From Candidatus Magasanikiibacteriota bacterium (GTDB taxonomy: Bacteria; Patescibacteriota; Patescibacteriia; Magasanikbacterales; GWA2-37-8), in assembly GCA_026396515.1 (NCBI GenBank), contig JAPLWQ010000001.1, positions 64,564-128,563 of the forward strand: a stretch of DNA of 64,000 bases, given 5' to 3'. A program made the position numbers and the translations under genes. Below are positions 1 through 8,614 of the stretch, in pieces (position 1 is the stretch's first letter; each line of letters opens with the position of its first letter). The notes below the pieces were generated by a model. It had not been told where the DNA came from and searched no databases. It saw nothing but the letters and a program-made list of their open reading frames with translations.

Positions 1-191
1 CGATTTGCGAAGCCGTGGATTCGCTTAAGACAAAACAGCCGCCTTTTGAGCATTCAAGCAAAGCGGCTGAAGTATCATCGCATGAACTTTCAATGCCGAG
101 GATTTTCATAAGCGAACGCAGGTGAGTGAAGTGAGAAAACGAAGTTTTTACATTTGCGAACTGAGGAGCTTATATGGCTTGGGACTTATAT

Positions 192-268
192 TGGTGACAG
201 GGGAGGGGCTTGAACCCTCGACCTCCGGGTTATGAATCCAGTGCTCTAACCAGCTGAGCTACCCTGTC
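192..268 (-). tRNA. tRNA-Met(CAT), probably elongator
   Basis: Reverse complement GACAGGGTAGCTCAGCTGGTTAGAGCACTGGATTCATAACCCGGAGGTCGAGGGTTCAAGCCCCTCCCCTGTCACCA folds as a cloverleaf with CAT anticodon and encoded CCA. The paired G1-C72 argues against an initiator. Confidence 0.95.
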
Positions 269-308
269 ATTGTTTTTCTAAATTGTGGCGCTTAAAATGG
301 CTATCAGC

Positions 309-381
309 CCAGTGTTTTTCAACAAAGCTGAGTTTACCCCGTAGCGATGCCGAAGGCATCTGCTACTGGGGCTACCCTGTC
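309..381 (-). pseudogene. Degenerate copy of the 5' half of the tRNA-Met, interrupted by a 39-bp palindrome
   Basis: + strand CCAGTG..AAC..AGCTGAG[333-371]CTACCCTGTC matches the tRNA segment CCAGTGCTCTAACCAGCTGAGCTACCCTGTC. Confidence 0.6.
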
Positions 382-394
382 GTAAAGTACTCAC

Positions 395-423
395 ATTTTA
401 TGCCATTTATCACGTTTTGTCAA
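395..423 (-). promoter_or_regulatory. Sigma70 promoter for the tRNA locus
   Basis: TTGACA-17 nt-TAAAAT on the minus strand. Confidence 0.65.
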
Positions 424-490
424 TCGGGCGTGCGTTTTGACATAGGAAATCCCGCCACAGAGCGTAGCGGGATTGAGAATCTGGGCGGCG

Positions 491-745
491 TTAGGCGGCG
501 TCGTTCGGTTTTTTTTCGGCAATCGGAGCCGGCGGTATAATCGGGACCGAAGTCATTTTGTCGCAATGCGCCAAACGACGGCGCAAAATAGAAAGCCTGC
601 GGGCGGCGTTCGCTTTGTCCTCGCTCGTTTGCCAATCCGGCCGGACATACTTCGGTGCATCATCTAATTCATCGCCTGCAAAAGCGAAAATAAGCGACCT
701 AATTACGCCGCCAATCTTTTCGATTGCGTCGTGGGTCGCGCCCAT
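491..745 (-). CDS. Hypothetical protein (84 aa, GC-rich class)
   Basis: ATG at 745 with AAAGGGGG SD; TTGACA(832-827)-17-TACTAT promoter; TGTTCTTT motif in the leader. Confidence 0.6.
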   Translation of the reverse strand: MGATHDAIEKIGGVIRSLIFAFAGDELDDAPKYVRPDWQTSEDKANAARRLSILRRRLAHCDKMTSVPIIPPAPIAEKKPNDAA

Positions 746-845
746 TGTTTGCCCCCTTTGAATGAATTGTTTTGGAAAGAACATGATGACGTCTCTCATG
801 CTAATAGTATGTCGGGGTTCAAATGGTGTCAACCGATGCTTTACT

Positions 846-880
846 AAAAGAAAAACCCTGCCGGTGGAGCCGGCAGGGCA
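846..880 (-). terminator. Intrinsic terminator of prs
   Basis: CCCTGCCGG/CCGGCAGGG hairpin followed by TTTTTCTTTT on the minus strand. Confidence 0.8.
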
Positions 881-898
881 TATGGTGAGAAAGAACAG

Positions 899-1960
899 TT
901 AGCAGATCTCGCGGGTAGATTCGTCCCAGTGGTGGAGGTGGACGATCTCGGCCAGTTCGTGCGCCCAAGTGACCACGCGGATACGGCCCTTGTCCACCAG
1001 TGCTTTGAGTTTGGGTCGGGACAAAATCGGGATGGTGTCGGTGACGTAGGTGCGGCTTACCGGACAGCGGGGATCGCCGAACAGTTCGGGTGCGTTTTTG
1101 CAGAAGACACCATGGATGATCGCGTTGATAAATTTCTTGGCGTGAAATTGCTTCTTCGCGGAGGTGGCCGCATCGATCGTCGTCTTGCCGGTGCCGATTT
1201 CGTCGTCGAAACTAATCACCGTAGCGCCCCGCATCTTCTCTACGTCGCCGAAGAAACCGATGCTCCGCGATTCGGTGCTGCTCGTGCGGATTTTTTGGCC
1301 GACCACGATCGGAAAGGTCTCAGCGAATTCCGCTTCCAGCCGGTCAATGGCATCCTTGAAGCGCTTGCGGGCCCCATCATCGGGGAGCATCAGGCAGACC
1401 TTCCCGCGCTCACTGATCGTGTCGCGGATAGCCGCGCGCAGAACGTGGCGCGCCATGGAGTATGGCGTGATGATGCCCATCTCGCCGGCAGCCATCACTG
1501 ACTGCGGAGAGTGCATGTCCACGGTCATGATGCGGTCCAGCTGGCCGTAGGCGGCGCTCCTCAAACTGTGGATCACGTGCGGTATCAGTGCCAGTTCGTC
1601 CATACCTTCATCTTTGTCCGACCGGCCGAGAGGCGAGTAGGCAGTGACCACGGCGATGCGCCGGGCGCGCCGCGCCTTGAGATAGTGCAAAAGAAGCTGG
1701 AGCTGGCCGAGCATCTCGTAAGTGCCCGGGCCGCTGGTGATGGCAACCACATCATGGCCGCCGAGGTGCTCCTTGCGCAGTTTGATAAATGGTTCGCCAC
1801 TGGCGCGCAAGTCAAAGGCGGGCACGACCAGATCAACCACATAACCGTATTTATTCTGTATCTCCTGTTGGACAGTTGACGCGATGTCGGCAAAGCCGGG
1901 CAGAGCCACCACAGTGAGTCCGCCGTTATTGTTCAGCCTGAATGTAAATTCTGTAGCCAT
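899..1960 (-). CDS. prs: Ribose-phosphate pyrophosphokinase (PRPP synthetase) family, divergent
   Basis: SGE, Y..GRSDK, VDMHSPQ, PDDGA and FDDEIGTGKT PRPP-binding motifs; ATG at 1960 after AGGAGG. Confidence 0.85.
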   Translation of the reverse strand: MATEFTFRLNNNGGLTVVALPGFADIASTVQQEIQNKYGYVVDLVVPAFDLRASGEPFIKLRKEHLGGHDVVAITSGPGTYEMLGQLQLLLHYLKARRARRIAVVTAYSPLGRSDKDEGMDELALIPHVIHSLRSAAYGQLDRIMTVDMHSPQSVMAAGEMGIITPYSMARHVLRAAIRDTISERGKVCLMLPDDGARKRFKDAIDRLEAEFAETFPIVVGQKIRTSSTESRSIGFFGDVEKMRGATVISFDDEIGTGKTTIDAATSAKKQFHAKKFINAIIHGVFCKNAPELFGDPRCPVSRTYVTDTIPILSRPKLKALVDKGRIRVVTWAHELAEIVHLHHWDESTREIC

Positions 1961-1999
1961 TCGCAACCTCCTTTTTTGGTTGTAAAATGTACCGCTGGA

Positions 2000-2101
2000 A
2001 TTGTATTCTGAGGAATATTAGTTGTCAACAAAAATTGTGATAAATCGAGTAATTTTTGTAATTTTAGGACCCTTGACAACCGTTATATAATAATGTATAT
2101 T
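2000..2101. promoter_or_regulatory. Divergent sigma70 promoter pair
   Basis: Minus: TTGACA(2028-2023)-17-TACAAT. Plus: TTGACA(2073)-17-TATATT. Confidence 0.75.
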
Positions 2102-2223
2102 GAAAAGTCCAATATTTCCGCGTTTTTTGCGGATTTTAAGGATTTTTTGCACATTAAAATTTAGTCAAATTTAGTAGTTAGCAACAACACTCTTGCTCAA
2201 AGTAGCAGAAGGGAGACAAATAG

Positions 2224-3003
2224 ATGGCGGTTATAGAGGGCAAAACCTTGGAGTGCCTGAAACACTACCTGTCCCAGCTTCCCTGGGATACCAAGATGTG
2301 TGTTCAGGCGAGGCGGCAGATCATCGATTTTCTCGATGTGACGCCCCACACCGTTCGCCGCTGGTGGACGGGGGATATTGTTCCCGTCGGTTTGGTGCTC
2401 GTCAAGCTCCGCTACTTTCTAGAGAGAGAAGGCTACCGCGTTTCGGAGCTCAACGACCTTGATGCGACGACCCGCGCGTTGGGTATGCTGATCGCTTACG
2501 GCTCCATCGATTTCGACGCAACCGTGATTCAGCTCAAGTGCCCCAACGCTTCGGAATTTTTGCGTGTGCTTCACGGTGCCCGCCGTTTTACGGCGGCGCG
2601 AGATCTGGCCGCAGAAGCGATCTGCGTCAAGAACCGCGACGTACTGGCAAAACTCTTTTTTACCTCACCTGGTAACGGTCATCCGGCTCCGGTCATTACG
2701 CCAGTCGTCACTCCGGCGCAGGTAAAAGAAAAAGCGCCCGGCGCAGGCGAAGAACTGATCAAGTATCTGCGCCTGTTCAGCGGTATCCTCGAATTGCTCC
2801 ACCCGCGGCTTAATGATTTCCTCTCGGAGGAAGTATCTCCGGAAGAGAGACATGAGTTGCGCGAGCGGGCAGGTAGAGAGCTGGTGTACGACCTGGCAAG
2901 ACGCAGCAAGCAGGTCACCGAACTGATGACGGCATTGTGCAGTGAGAAGGCAAGAGAGATTTCAAACACACTCGCTGGTGCGAGGAAAGAAAGGGGAGAG
3001 TAG
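2224..3003 (+). CDS. Hypothetical protein with an N-terminal HTH-like segment
   Basis: RQIIDFLDVTPHTVRRWWTG resembles an XRE-type HTH; SD present; 4 nt before the next gene. Confidence 0.65.
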   Translation: MAVIEGKTLECLKHYLSQLPWDTKMCVQARRQIIDFLDVTPHTVRRWWTGDIVPVGLVLVKLRYFLEREGYRVSELNDLDATTRALGMLIAYGSIDFDATVIQLKCPNASEFLRVLHGARRFTAARDLAAEAICVKNRDVLAKLFFTSPGNGHPAPVITPVVTPAQVKEKAPGAGEELIKYLRLFSGILELLHPRLNDFLSEEVSPEERHELRERAGRELVYDLARRSKQVTELMTALCSEKAREISNTLAGARKERGE

Positions 3004-3007
3004 ACTG

Positions 3008-4741
3008 ATGGGTGACAATCTTTCTCAGATCGAGTTTCATCAGGGCGAGGCTTTGCTTGCCATCGCGGGTACTTACCCGTCGCTCGCGGATGTCATATCC
3101 GAGGCGGTCCAAAATGCGCTCGATGTCGAGGCGGTGAATATCTCCGTTTTCATCAACCATCGGAACCGCACCGTGACGGTGTCGGACGATGGCATCGGCG
3201 TGTCGAAGAGCCAGTTCGAGCGCGCGCTCAAGTCCGTCTGCTACTCGCGCAAGGACGAGAGCAAGCTCGGCAAGTACGGCAGGGGGCTGGTTGCTCCTCT
3301 CGGCAAGTGCGAGAAGTTCACTTTCACCTCCATGCCGAAGAGCCAAACCAGCAGCAGTGGATACATCCGTTGGACTTTCGAGACCGCGGTCATTCAGGGC
3401 CAGGCCAAGATCGCGGGTGTGCCCTACGAGGAAGTAACCGGCCAGCGTTTCTCCCGCAATCCGAAGAACAAGAAGGAGGAAGTGCCGTGGAGAACCCAGG
3501 TGAAGCTTATCGGTTTCACCAAGGATCGCGTGCTCAGTCGCGTGACCTGCGCATCGTTGCGTGAAGGTCTCCTCGAGCGCTTTTCGGTCGCCATGCGGAA
3601 ACGCAACGCGTCCGTGAGTATCCAAATTAACGACGCTTCTGGCGCTTCTGAAAACGAGAAGGTGGTCGCGAACGAATTCGAGGGTCGGGCGCTTCCGGTC
3701 GAGTACCTGGACAACGATCTCGCTGGTAAGACCACCTTTCGCATCTTTATCGCCAAGAAGACGAGCAAGGGGCGGCGGGGCAAGATTCTGGTCGGGGAAG
3801 CCGGCAAGGATTTTCGCATCAGCTTTTCTGATTTCAGCCGCAATACGGTCGACCTGCTCGACAGGGAGATCATCGATGCGCTGTCCTCGGGATTGTTCGA
3901 GGGCGAGTTTATCACCGAGAAGGCCACGCTTTCTCCGACCCGCAAGTACTTCGAGGTCAATGACGCGTTGGTCAGCCTCTGTCTCGTGATCGAGGACTGG
4001 TATCGCAGGATCGGAGAGGAGCACGCCCGGAAAATCCGGGAAGAGGCAAAGGATCAGCGCCTGCAGTTGCTCGGAGTGCGGTCCATGAAGGTGATCGAGA
4101 CCATGCTGGGCCTGCCCCAGTTCGACTTCCTCAAGGAAGTCGTGAAGGGTTTCAAGATCGGCACGGTTGGCGTGCGCCACACGAAGCCTTCGGTCAAGGT
4201 GGTGGGCAAGCAACCCGATCCCTCGATTTCGACCCTGGGCGCGCAGGGCGGAAAGGCCGAGCGCGACAAGGACGGAGGCAGGGGAACGAACGACCCGGGT
4301 CATGAGCATCCCGAGCACATGCCCTTCACGGTTCGCGGACCGCGTGGCCGTGAGCGCACGGCGGTCAAGGGCAACAGCTTGGGTCTTCAGTTCCTTTACG
4401 TGGACGAGCTTACCTGGGACAAGCTCTGGGACCTCGACACCACAACCGGCGTCCTCACCTTCAACACCGTGCACCCTCTGTGGTCCGAGTGCGAGAGGGA
4501 CGAGAAGTCGCTGATGCGCTTCCAGGAGCACATCACCATCACCGCGCTGATGCTCGAGACCGTCCCCGACTCGTGGAAGGATATCCACCGGCGGCTGGTC
4601 GACGATTCCATGTCCGGTTTCGTGTTCTGGCTCATGCAGGGTGACAAGCTCGCCGGCCGCAAGCCGGATCGGCGAATCGTTCCGAAGGCCGCGGAAATCA
4701 AGTCCGCGTCCAAGAGCAAGGTCGCCGCCGCGGGCAAGTAG
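3008..4741 (+). CDS. GHKL (HSP90/MORC-like) ATPase domain protein
   Basis: EAVQNALD, VSDDGIG and GKYGRG Bergerat motifs; ATG at 3008 with SD. Confidence 0.85.
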   Translation: MGDNLSQIEFHQGEALLAIAGTYPSLADVISEAVQNALDVEAVNISVFINHRNRTVTVSDDGIGVSKSQFERALKSVCYSRKDESKLGKYGRGLVAPLGKCEKFTFTSMPKSQTSSSGYIRWTFETAVIQGQAKIAGVPYEEVTGQRFSRNPKNKKEEVPWRTQVKLIGFTKDRVLSRVTCASLREGLLERFSVAMRKRNASVSIQINDASGASENEKVVANEFEGRALPVEYLDNDLAGKTTFRIFIAKKTSKGRRGKILVGEAGKDFRISFSDFSRNTVDLLDREIIDALSSGLFEGEFITEKATLSPTRKYFEVNDALVSLCLVIEDWYRRIGEEHARKIREEAKDQRLQLLGVRSMKVIETMLGLPQFDFLKEVVKGFKIGTVGVRHTKPSVKVVGKQPDPSISTLGAQGGKAERDKDGGRGTNDPGHEHPEHMPFTVRGPRGRERTAVKGNSLGLQFLYVDELTWDKLWDLDTTTGVLTFNTVHPLWSECERDEKSLMRFQEHITITALMLETVPDSWKDIHRRLVDDSMSGFVFWLMQGDKLAGRKPDRRIVPKAAEIKSASKSKVAAAGK

Positions 4742-4766
4742 CGCAATACGTTCTTTCTTAAGTTCC

Positions 4767-4807
4767 TCCCCCCTAAAGGCGATAAGCTGATAGGGGGGAT
4801 TTTTTTT
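4767..4807 (+). terminator. Intrinsic terminator
   Basis: TCCCCCCTA/TAGGGGGGA stem followed by a T-run. Confidence 0.75.
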
Positions 4808-4865
4808 GACTAAAAAAATTTGCCGACGGCCGGCAGATAATTATTAAAAATATATACAAATTTAT

Positions 4866-5798
4866 TTACAATTTTTCTTTCAATTTTTCAATCATCACCG
4901 TTGCCATTTTTTGCAGATCAAATTCATGATGCCAACCCCAGTCGGCGCGGGCGGCGGAGTCGTCAATTGACTGCGGCCAAGAGTCGGCAATGCGCTGGCG
5001 GAAATCCGGCTCATATTTTACCGCGAGGGGCAGGTGTTTGTTTATCTCGATCGCCAGTTCCTCGGCGCTGAAACTTATGGCTGTTAAATTGTAACTGGTG
5101 CGGATGGCGATTTTTTCCACTGGCGCGTCCATCAGCATGATCATCGCCCGGATAGCATCATCCATATACATCATCGGCAAAATCGTATCTTTGTGAACGA
5201 AACAAGTGTAATCACTGCCTTTAACCGCTTCATAAAACATGGCCACGGCATAGTCGGTGGTGCCGCCGCCCGGTTCTGTTTTCCAGCTGATCAATCCGGG
5301 GAAACGCATACTGCGGACATCCACGCCGAATTTCAGATAATAATAATGACACAGCGCTTCGCCGACCATTTTGGTTATGCCATATATGGTGGTCGGCTCA
5401 AGTACAGTATGTTGCGGGGTAAGGTCGCGCGGGGTGGTTGGGCCGAAAGCGGCGATGGAGCTCGGCCAAAAAACTTTCAATTTATATTCAACCGCCAGAT
5501 TCAAAATATTTCGCAGGCCGTCCATGTTCACTTGCCATGTAAGATTCGGATCCCGTTCGCCTTTGGCGGATAAGATGGAGACTAAATGATAAACAGTATC
5601 AATATTATGCTTAACGATAATTTCTTTCAGTTTACCCAAATCCACTATTGAACCTTGTTCGGTGGCAACATCAAACGAATTCGGTTTTACCGCCATATCA
5701 AAAGCTACTACATTGTTCGCGCCGTGTTTGGCCTGCAGGGCGGGGATTAGCTCCGAACCGATTTGGCCGAAGGCGCCGGTGACAAGAATCTTAGGCAT
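4866..5798 (-). CDS. L-threonine 3-dehydrogenase, SDR/NAD-dependent epimerase family
   Basis: TGAFGQIG, PSSIAAFG, YGITK, PGGGTTDYAV and RQRIADSWP motifs. Confidence 0.9.
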   Translation of the reverse strand: MPKILVTGAFGQIGSELIPALQAKHGANNVVAFDMAVKPNSFDVATEQGSIVDLGKLKEIIVKHNIDTVYHLVSILSAKGERDPNLTWQVNMDGLRNILNLAVEYKLKVFWPSSIAAFGPTTPRDLTPQHTVLEPTTIYGITKMVGEALCHYYYLKFGVDVRSMRFPGLISWKTEPGGGTTDYAVAMFYEAVKGSDYTCFVHKDTILPMMYMDDAIRAMIMLMDAPVEKIAIRTSYNLTAISFSAEELAIEINKHLPLAVKYEPDFRQRIADSWPQSIDDSAARADWGWHHEFDLQKMATVMIEKLKEKL

Positions 5799-5899
5799 AG
5801 TCTGATATTTAGTAAAATTTATGTCAGCATTATATCGGCTATTTGTTTAAAAAGCAAACAGCCGCGTTAATACGTGGCTGTTGATATTTATTTGATATA

Positions 5900-7078
5900 T
5901 TATGGCAGTACAATGGCCGGCGCTCTGCGCCGCGCGAGCAAAAACCAGGCGCCAATAATGATAGCAATTATCAGTATACCCCGCATCGGCAGATAGAGAT
6001 TAAGTACGCCCCAAACGCCAATCCACTGAAGAGATATTGTGCCTGTGATTATTTCTGTTTTTTGCATTAACGCAGTATCTCTTGAATCCAATCCGTCAAT
6101 TACTGCCTGCTGGTTTTTTATCGCCTGGTCGGCCGTTTCCAAATCAATTTTGTATTGAGTTTCAAACGAATTCAGATTTTTTTGTGCTGTCTGGCGGAAG
6201 GCATATTCGCGGTCAATCTGAAGTTTAAGCGACTGAATTTTTGCCGTATTGGTAGAGGAAGTTTTTTCTCTTGCTAAAGAAGCGATAATACGGTTAGCAG
6301 TATCAACCGCTGTTTTCCATTCATTGATATTCTTCGTATAACCGTCAACGACACCCTGGCGGCGGTCTTCTAAGCGTTGCAATTCCTGATTGGCGGTTGT
6401 CTGCTGTTCTTCAATACTAATCTTTTCTCCAAGCAAATTTTGCGACTGTGCCGTCTCCAGATAAAATTTTTCCGGGACTAAATCTTTAAGTTCGTTTTTC
6501 ATTTTTTCCAGTGAATCCTTGGGAATGGCGAACGCAATGCGGGCATACTTATCGGATTGGTTGGCAGAGTCAATGCGCGCGCCGTTTCCGCGCAGAATTG
6601 TGAGCGCCCGATCAGAGTCGTCCTGTACCTCCCGGGTATTTATCGTGGCATAGTATTCGGTATCCATGAATTCCCGGGTGTCAAATGGCGCGGTTTGCGG
6701 TGCGACCATATCGCTGACTCTCTCTATCAGCGAAGTGTTGCGCGCGCCCAGTCCGATATCCGCGCCATATGACAAGCCGAGTTCCTCCGATTCCATTGCA
6801 CCCGATTTGCTTGCATAGCTATGCGTACTAATTTGGTAATAGGACGGATTCTTAAACAAGCGGGGATTTGTCGCTATTATTAAAATGCATGCCGCTGAAG
6901 TCGCCAGCACAAGAAACCGGAAGAAGAATCCGCCACGGCGGGCCGGAATGGCCTGCGCAGTGTAATTTGGCCTAACCGATTCCAGTGTTTTTTGTTTTAA
7001 AGCGCCGTTGTTTGCCGGCAATCGCGTTTCGTTTTTGCCCCAGCCAGATAGCCGGTCGGTGATATTAATATTTTTCAT
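5900..7078 (-). CDS. DUF4349-like membrane protein, putative anti-sigma partner
   Basis: N- and C-terminal TM segments, central coiled coil; 4-bp overlap with the ECF sigma gene. Confidence 0.6.
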   Translation of the reverse strand: MKNINITDRLSGWGKNETRLPANNGALKQKTLESVRPNYTAQAIPARRGGFFFRFLVLATSAACILIIATNPRLFKNPSYYQISTHSYASKSGAMESEELGLSYGADIGLGARNTSLIERVSDMVAPQTAPFDTREFMDTEYYATINTREVQDDSDRALTILRGNGARIDSANQSDKYARIAFAIPKDSLEKMKNELKDLVPEKFYLETAQSQNLLGEKISIEEQQTTANQELQRLEDRRQGVVDGYTKNINEWKTAVDTANRIIASLAREKTSSTNTAKIQSLKLQIDREYAFRQTAQKNLNSFETQYKIDLETADQAIKNQQAVIDGLDSRDTALMQKTEIITGTISLQWIGVWGVLNLYLPMRGILIIAIIIGAWFLLARRRAPAIVLP

Positions 7079-7617
7079 ATTGTTTGATTATCGCTGATTA
7101 AATCGCGCGCTCTGGAAATGGCGCGATGAATGCGGACACGGGCGGCGATTTGCGATATTTCTAATATTCGCGCGATTTCTTTGAATGACAAATCGCATAT
7201 ATATCGCAAGCGCAATATGTCCTGATCCTCACTTGTGAGTTTGCAGAGAAGTTCGTTTAAGAAAATGTTGTCGCTTTTGATTTCTCCAAACCGCAGTTTG
7301 TCAGCCATATCAACCAGTTCGGTCTCCGGCCAGGCGGATTCGCGATTGTTGCGGCGCCAGTGCTGCCGGCATTCATTTCTGGCTATGGCGAACAACCAGG
7401 CGCTGAAGCGTATGTTTCGGATCTCAAATTTGGGCAATGCGGACAAGGCTTTAAGCCAGGTCTCCTGGAGAATGTCTTCAGCGAGTGATGGGTTTCGCAA
7501 TGTGTTTAATAAATACCCGTATAATTTCGGGGTAATTGCGTCCCAAAGCGCGCTGACGGCTGGTTTTTCTCCATTTTTTGCCAAATTGGCTAAAGATAGC
7601 TCTTCTTGCAAGGTCAT
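7075..7617 (-). CDS. ECF RNA polymerase sigma-70 factor
   Basis: AEDILQETWLK, FSAWLFAIARN, LSFKEIARIL...RIHRA. Confidence 0.92.
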   Translation of the reverse strand: MTLQEELSLANLAKNGEKPAVSALWDAITPKLYGYLLNTLRNPSLAEDILQETWLKALSALPKFEIRNIRFSAWLFAIARNECRQHWRRNNRESAWPETELVDMADKLRFGEIKSDNIFLNELLCKLTSEDQDILRLRYICDLSFKEIARILEISQIAARVRIHRAISRARDLISDNQTI

Positions 7618-7702
7618 AAGTGAATGATTATTTTCCTCATTCTACCAAGTATAATGCGGTACAACGAATAAATGTTACAGGCAAGAGAGTAGTTTGGCAA
7701 AC

Positions 7703-7733
7703 AAAAAACCGCCAGCCCAGGGCTGGCGGTTTT
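7703..7733 (-). terminator. Intrinsic terminator after HU
   Basis: AAAACCGCCAGCCC/GGGCTGGCGGTTTT inverted repeat. Confidence 0.75.
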
Positions 7734-7743
7734 GCTGTTATTC

Positions 7744-8025
7744 TTATAATACTGCTTCCTTCGCGGCCTTGGCCACGCGGAATTTTACCACGGTCTTTGC
7801 CGGAATCTGAATGGTTGCGCCGGTAGCCGGGTTGCGACCCTGTCGCGCATTGCGGTGAACTTTCACCAATTTCCCGAGACCCGGGACCACAAATACGCCG
7901 CTTTTCTTGACTTCTCTGTACGCCAATTCCACCATGGCGTCAACGAAGCCGACGACGTCCTTCTTGCTCATGCCTGTCTTTTCCGCTAAAGCGGATAACA
8001 GGGCTGACTTGGTCATGCCTGCCAT
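7744..8025 (-). CDS. hup: HU family DNA-binding protein
   Basis: MTKSALL...GLGKL...ARQGRNPATGATIQIPAKTVVKF. Confidence 0.92.
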   Translation of the reverse strand: MAGMTKSALLSALAEKTGMSKKDVVGFVDAMVELAYREVKKSGVFVVPGLGKLVKVHRNARQGRNPATGATIQIPAKTVVKFRVAKAAKEAVL

Positions 8026-8156
8026 AAAATATGAATTAATAATAAACGCTAAGTTTACTGGGTATATTATACACCCATTTTTAAAAAAGTGCAAATATGT
8101 TGGGGTTTGTCAATGGGTGGTCTAGTTTTGTTGGGGGGGGGTCTTATCCAAAGAAT

Positions 8157-8456
8157 CTATTTAACTAATAACAGTAAAGCCGCACCTCCAAATTCGGCAT
8201 GAGGGGATTCAGCCCTGCCTAAATGGTGGTTGCCCGTGCCGATGACCTTTCCGTCGCTGTAAACGGTACCAACATGGCCTCCGAGACCGTGCACTTTTCC
8301 GTCCGGATCGACATGTCCCACTTTGTGTCCGCTGGTGTCATAGACTATTCCGTCGTCGTGCACCTTTCCCAGGTGATGCTCACTAAGGCTATATACATCA
8401 CCCGCTTCATTTATCTTGGCGATTTTTTCCGAATTGGCATCGAAAATATATCCCAT
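8157..8456 (-). CDS. Small beta-repeat protein, 5-fold beta-flower-like
   Basis: Repeated G-x-V-x-x-D-G-x-V units and a C-terminal GGAALLLL. Confidence 0.6.
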   Translation of the reverse strand: MGYIFDANSEKIAKINEAGDVYSLSEHHLGKVHDDGIVYDTSGHKVGHVDPDGKVHGLGGHVGTVYSDGKVIGTGNHHLGRAESPHAEFGGAALLLLVK

Positions 8457-8614
8457 ATTTTTGTATCTAAATAATAATCAATAATATAAACTTACTAAAA
8501 TATTATCACATGGGTTAAATTATATCCAGTAAAAAATAATCAAGCATACTCTATTGAAATATGTGAGGATATTTGATATCGTGGATGTTATACTAACAAT
8601 GTTATATTTCGCAT

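Noticed and set aside
2915-4588. 557-aa minus-strand ORF
   Set aside because: Antisense shadow of the GC-rich GHKL gene with no motifs; the same applies to 929-1501, 50059-50709 and 50761-51579.
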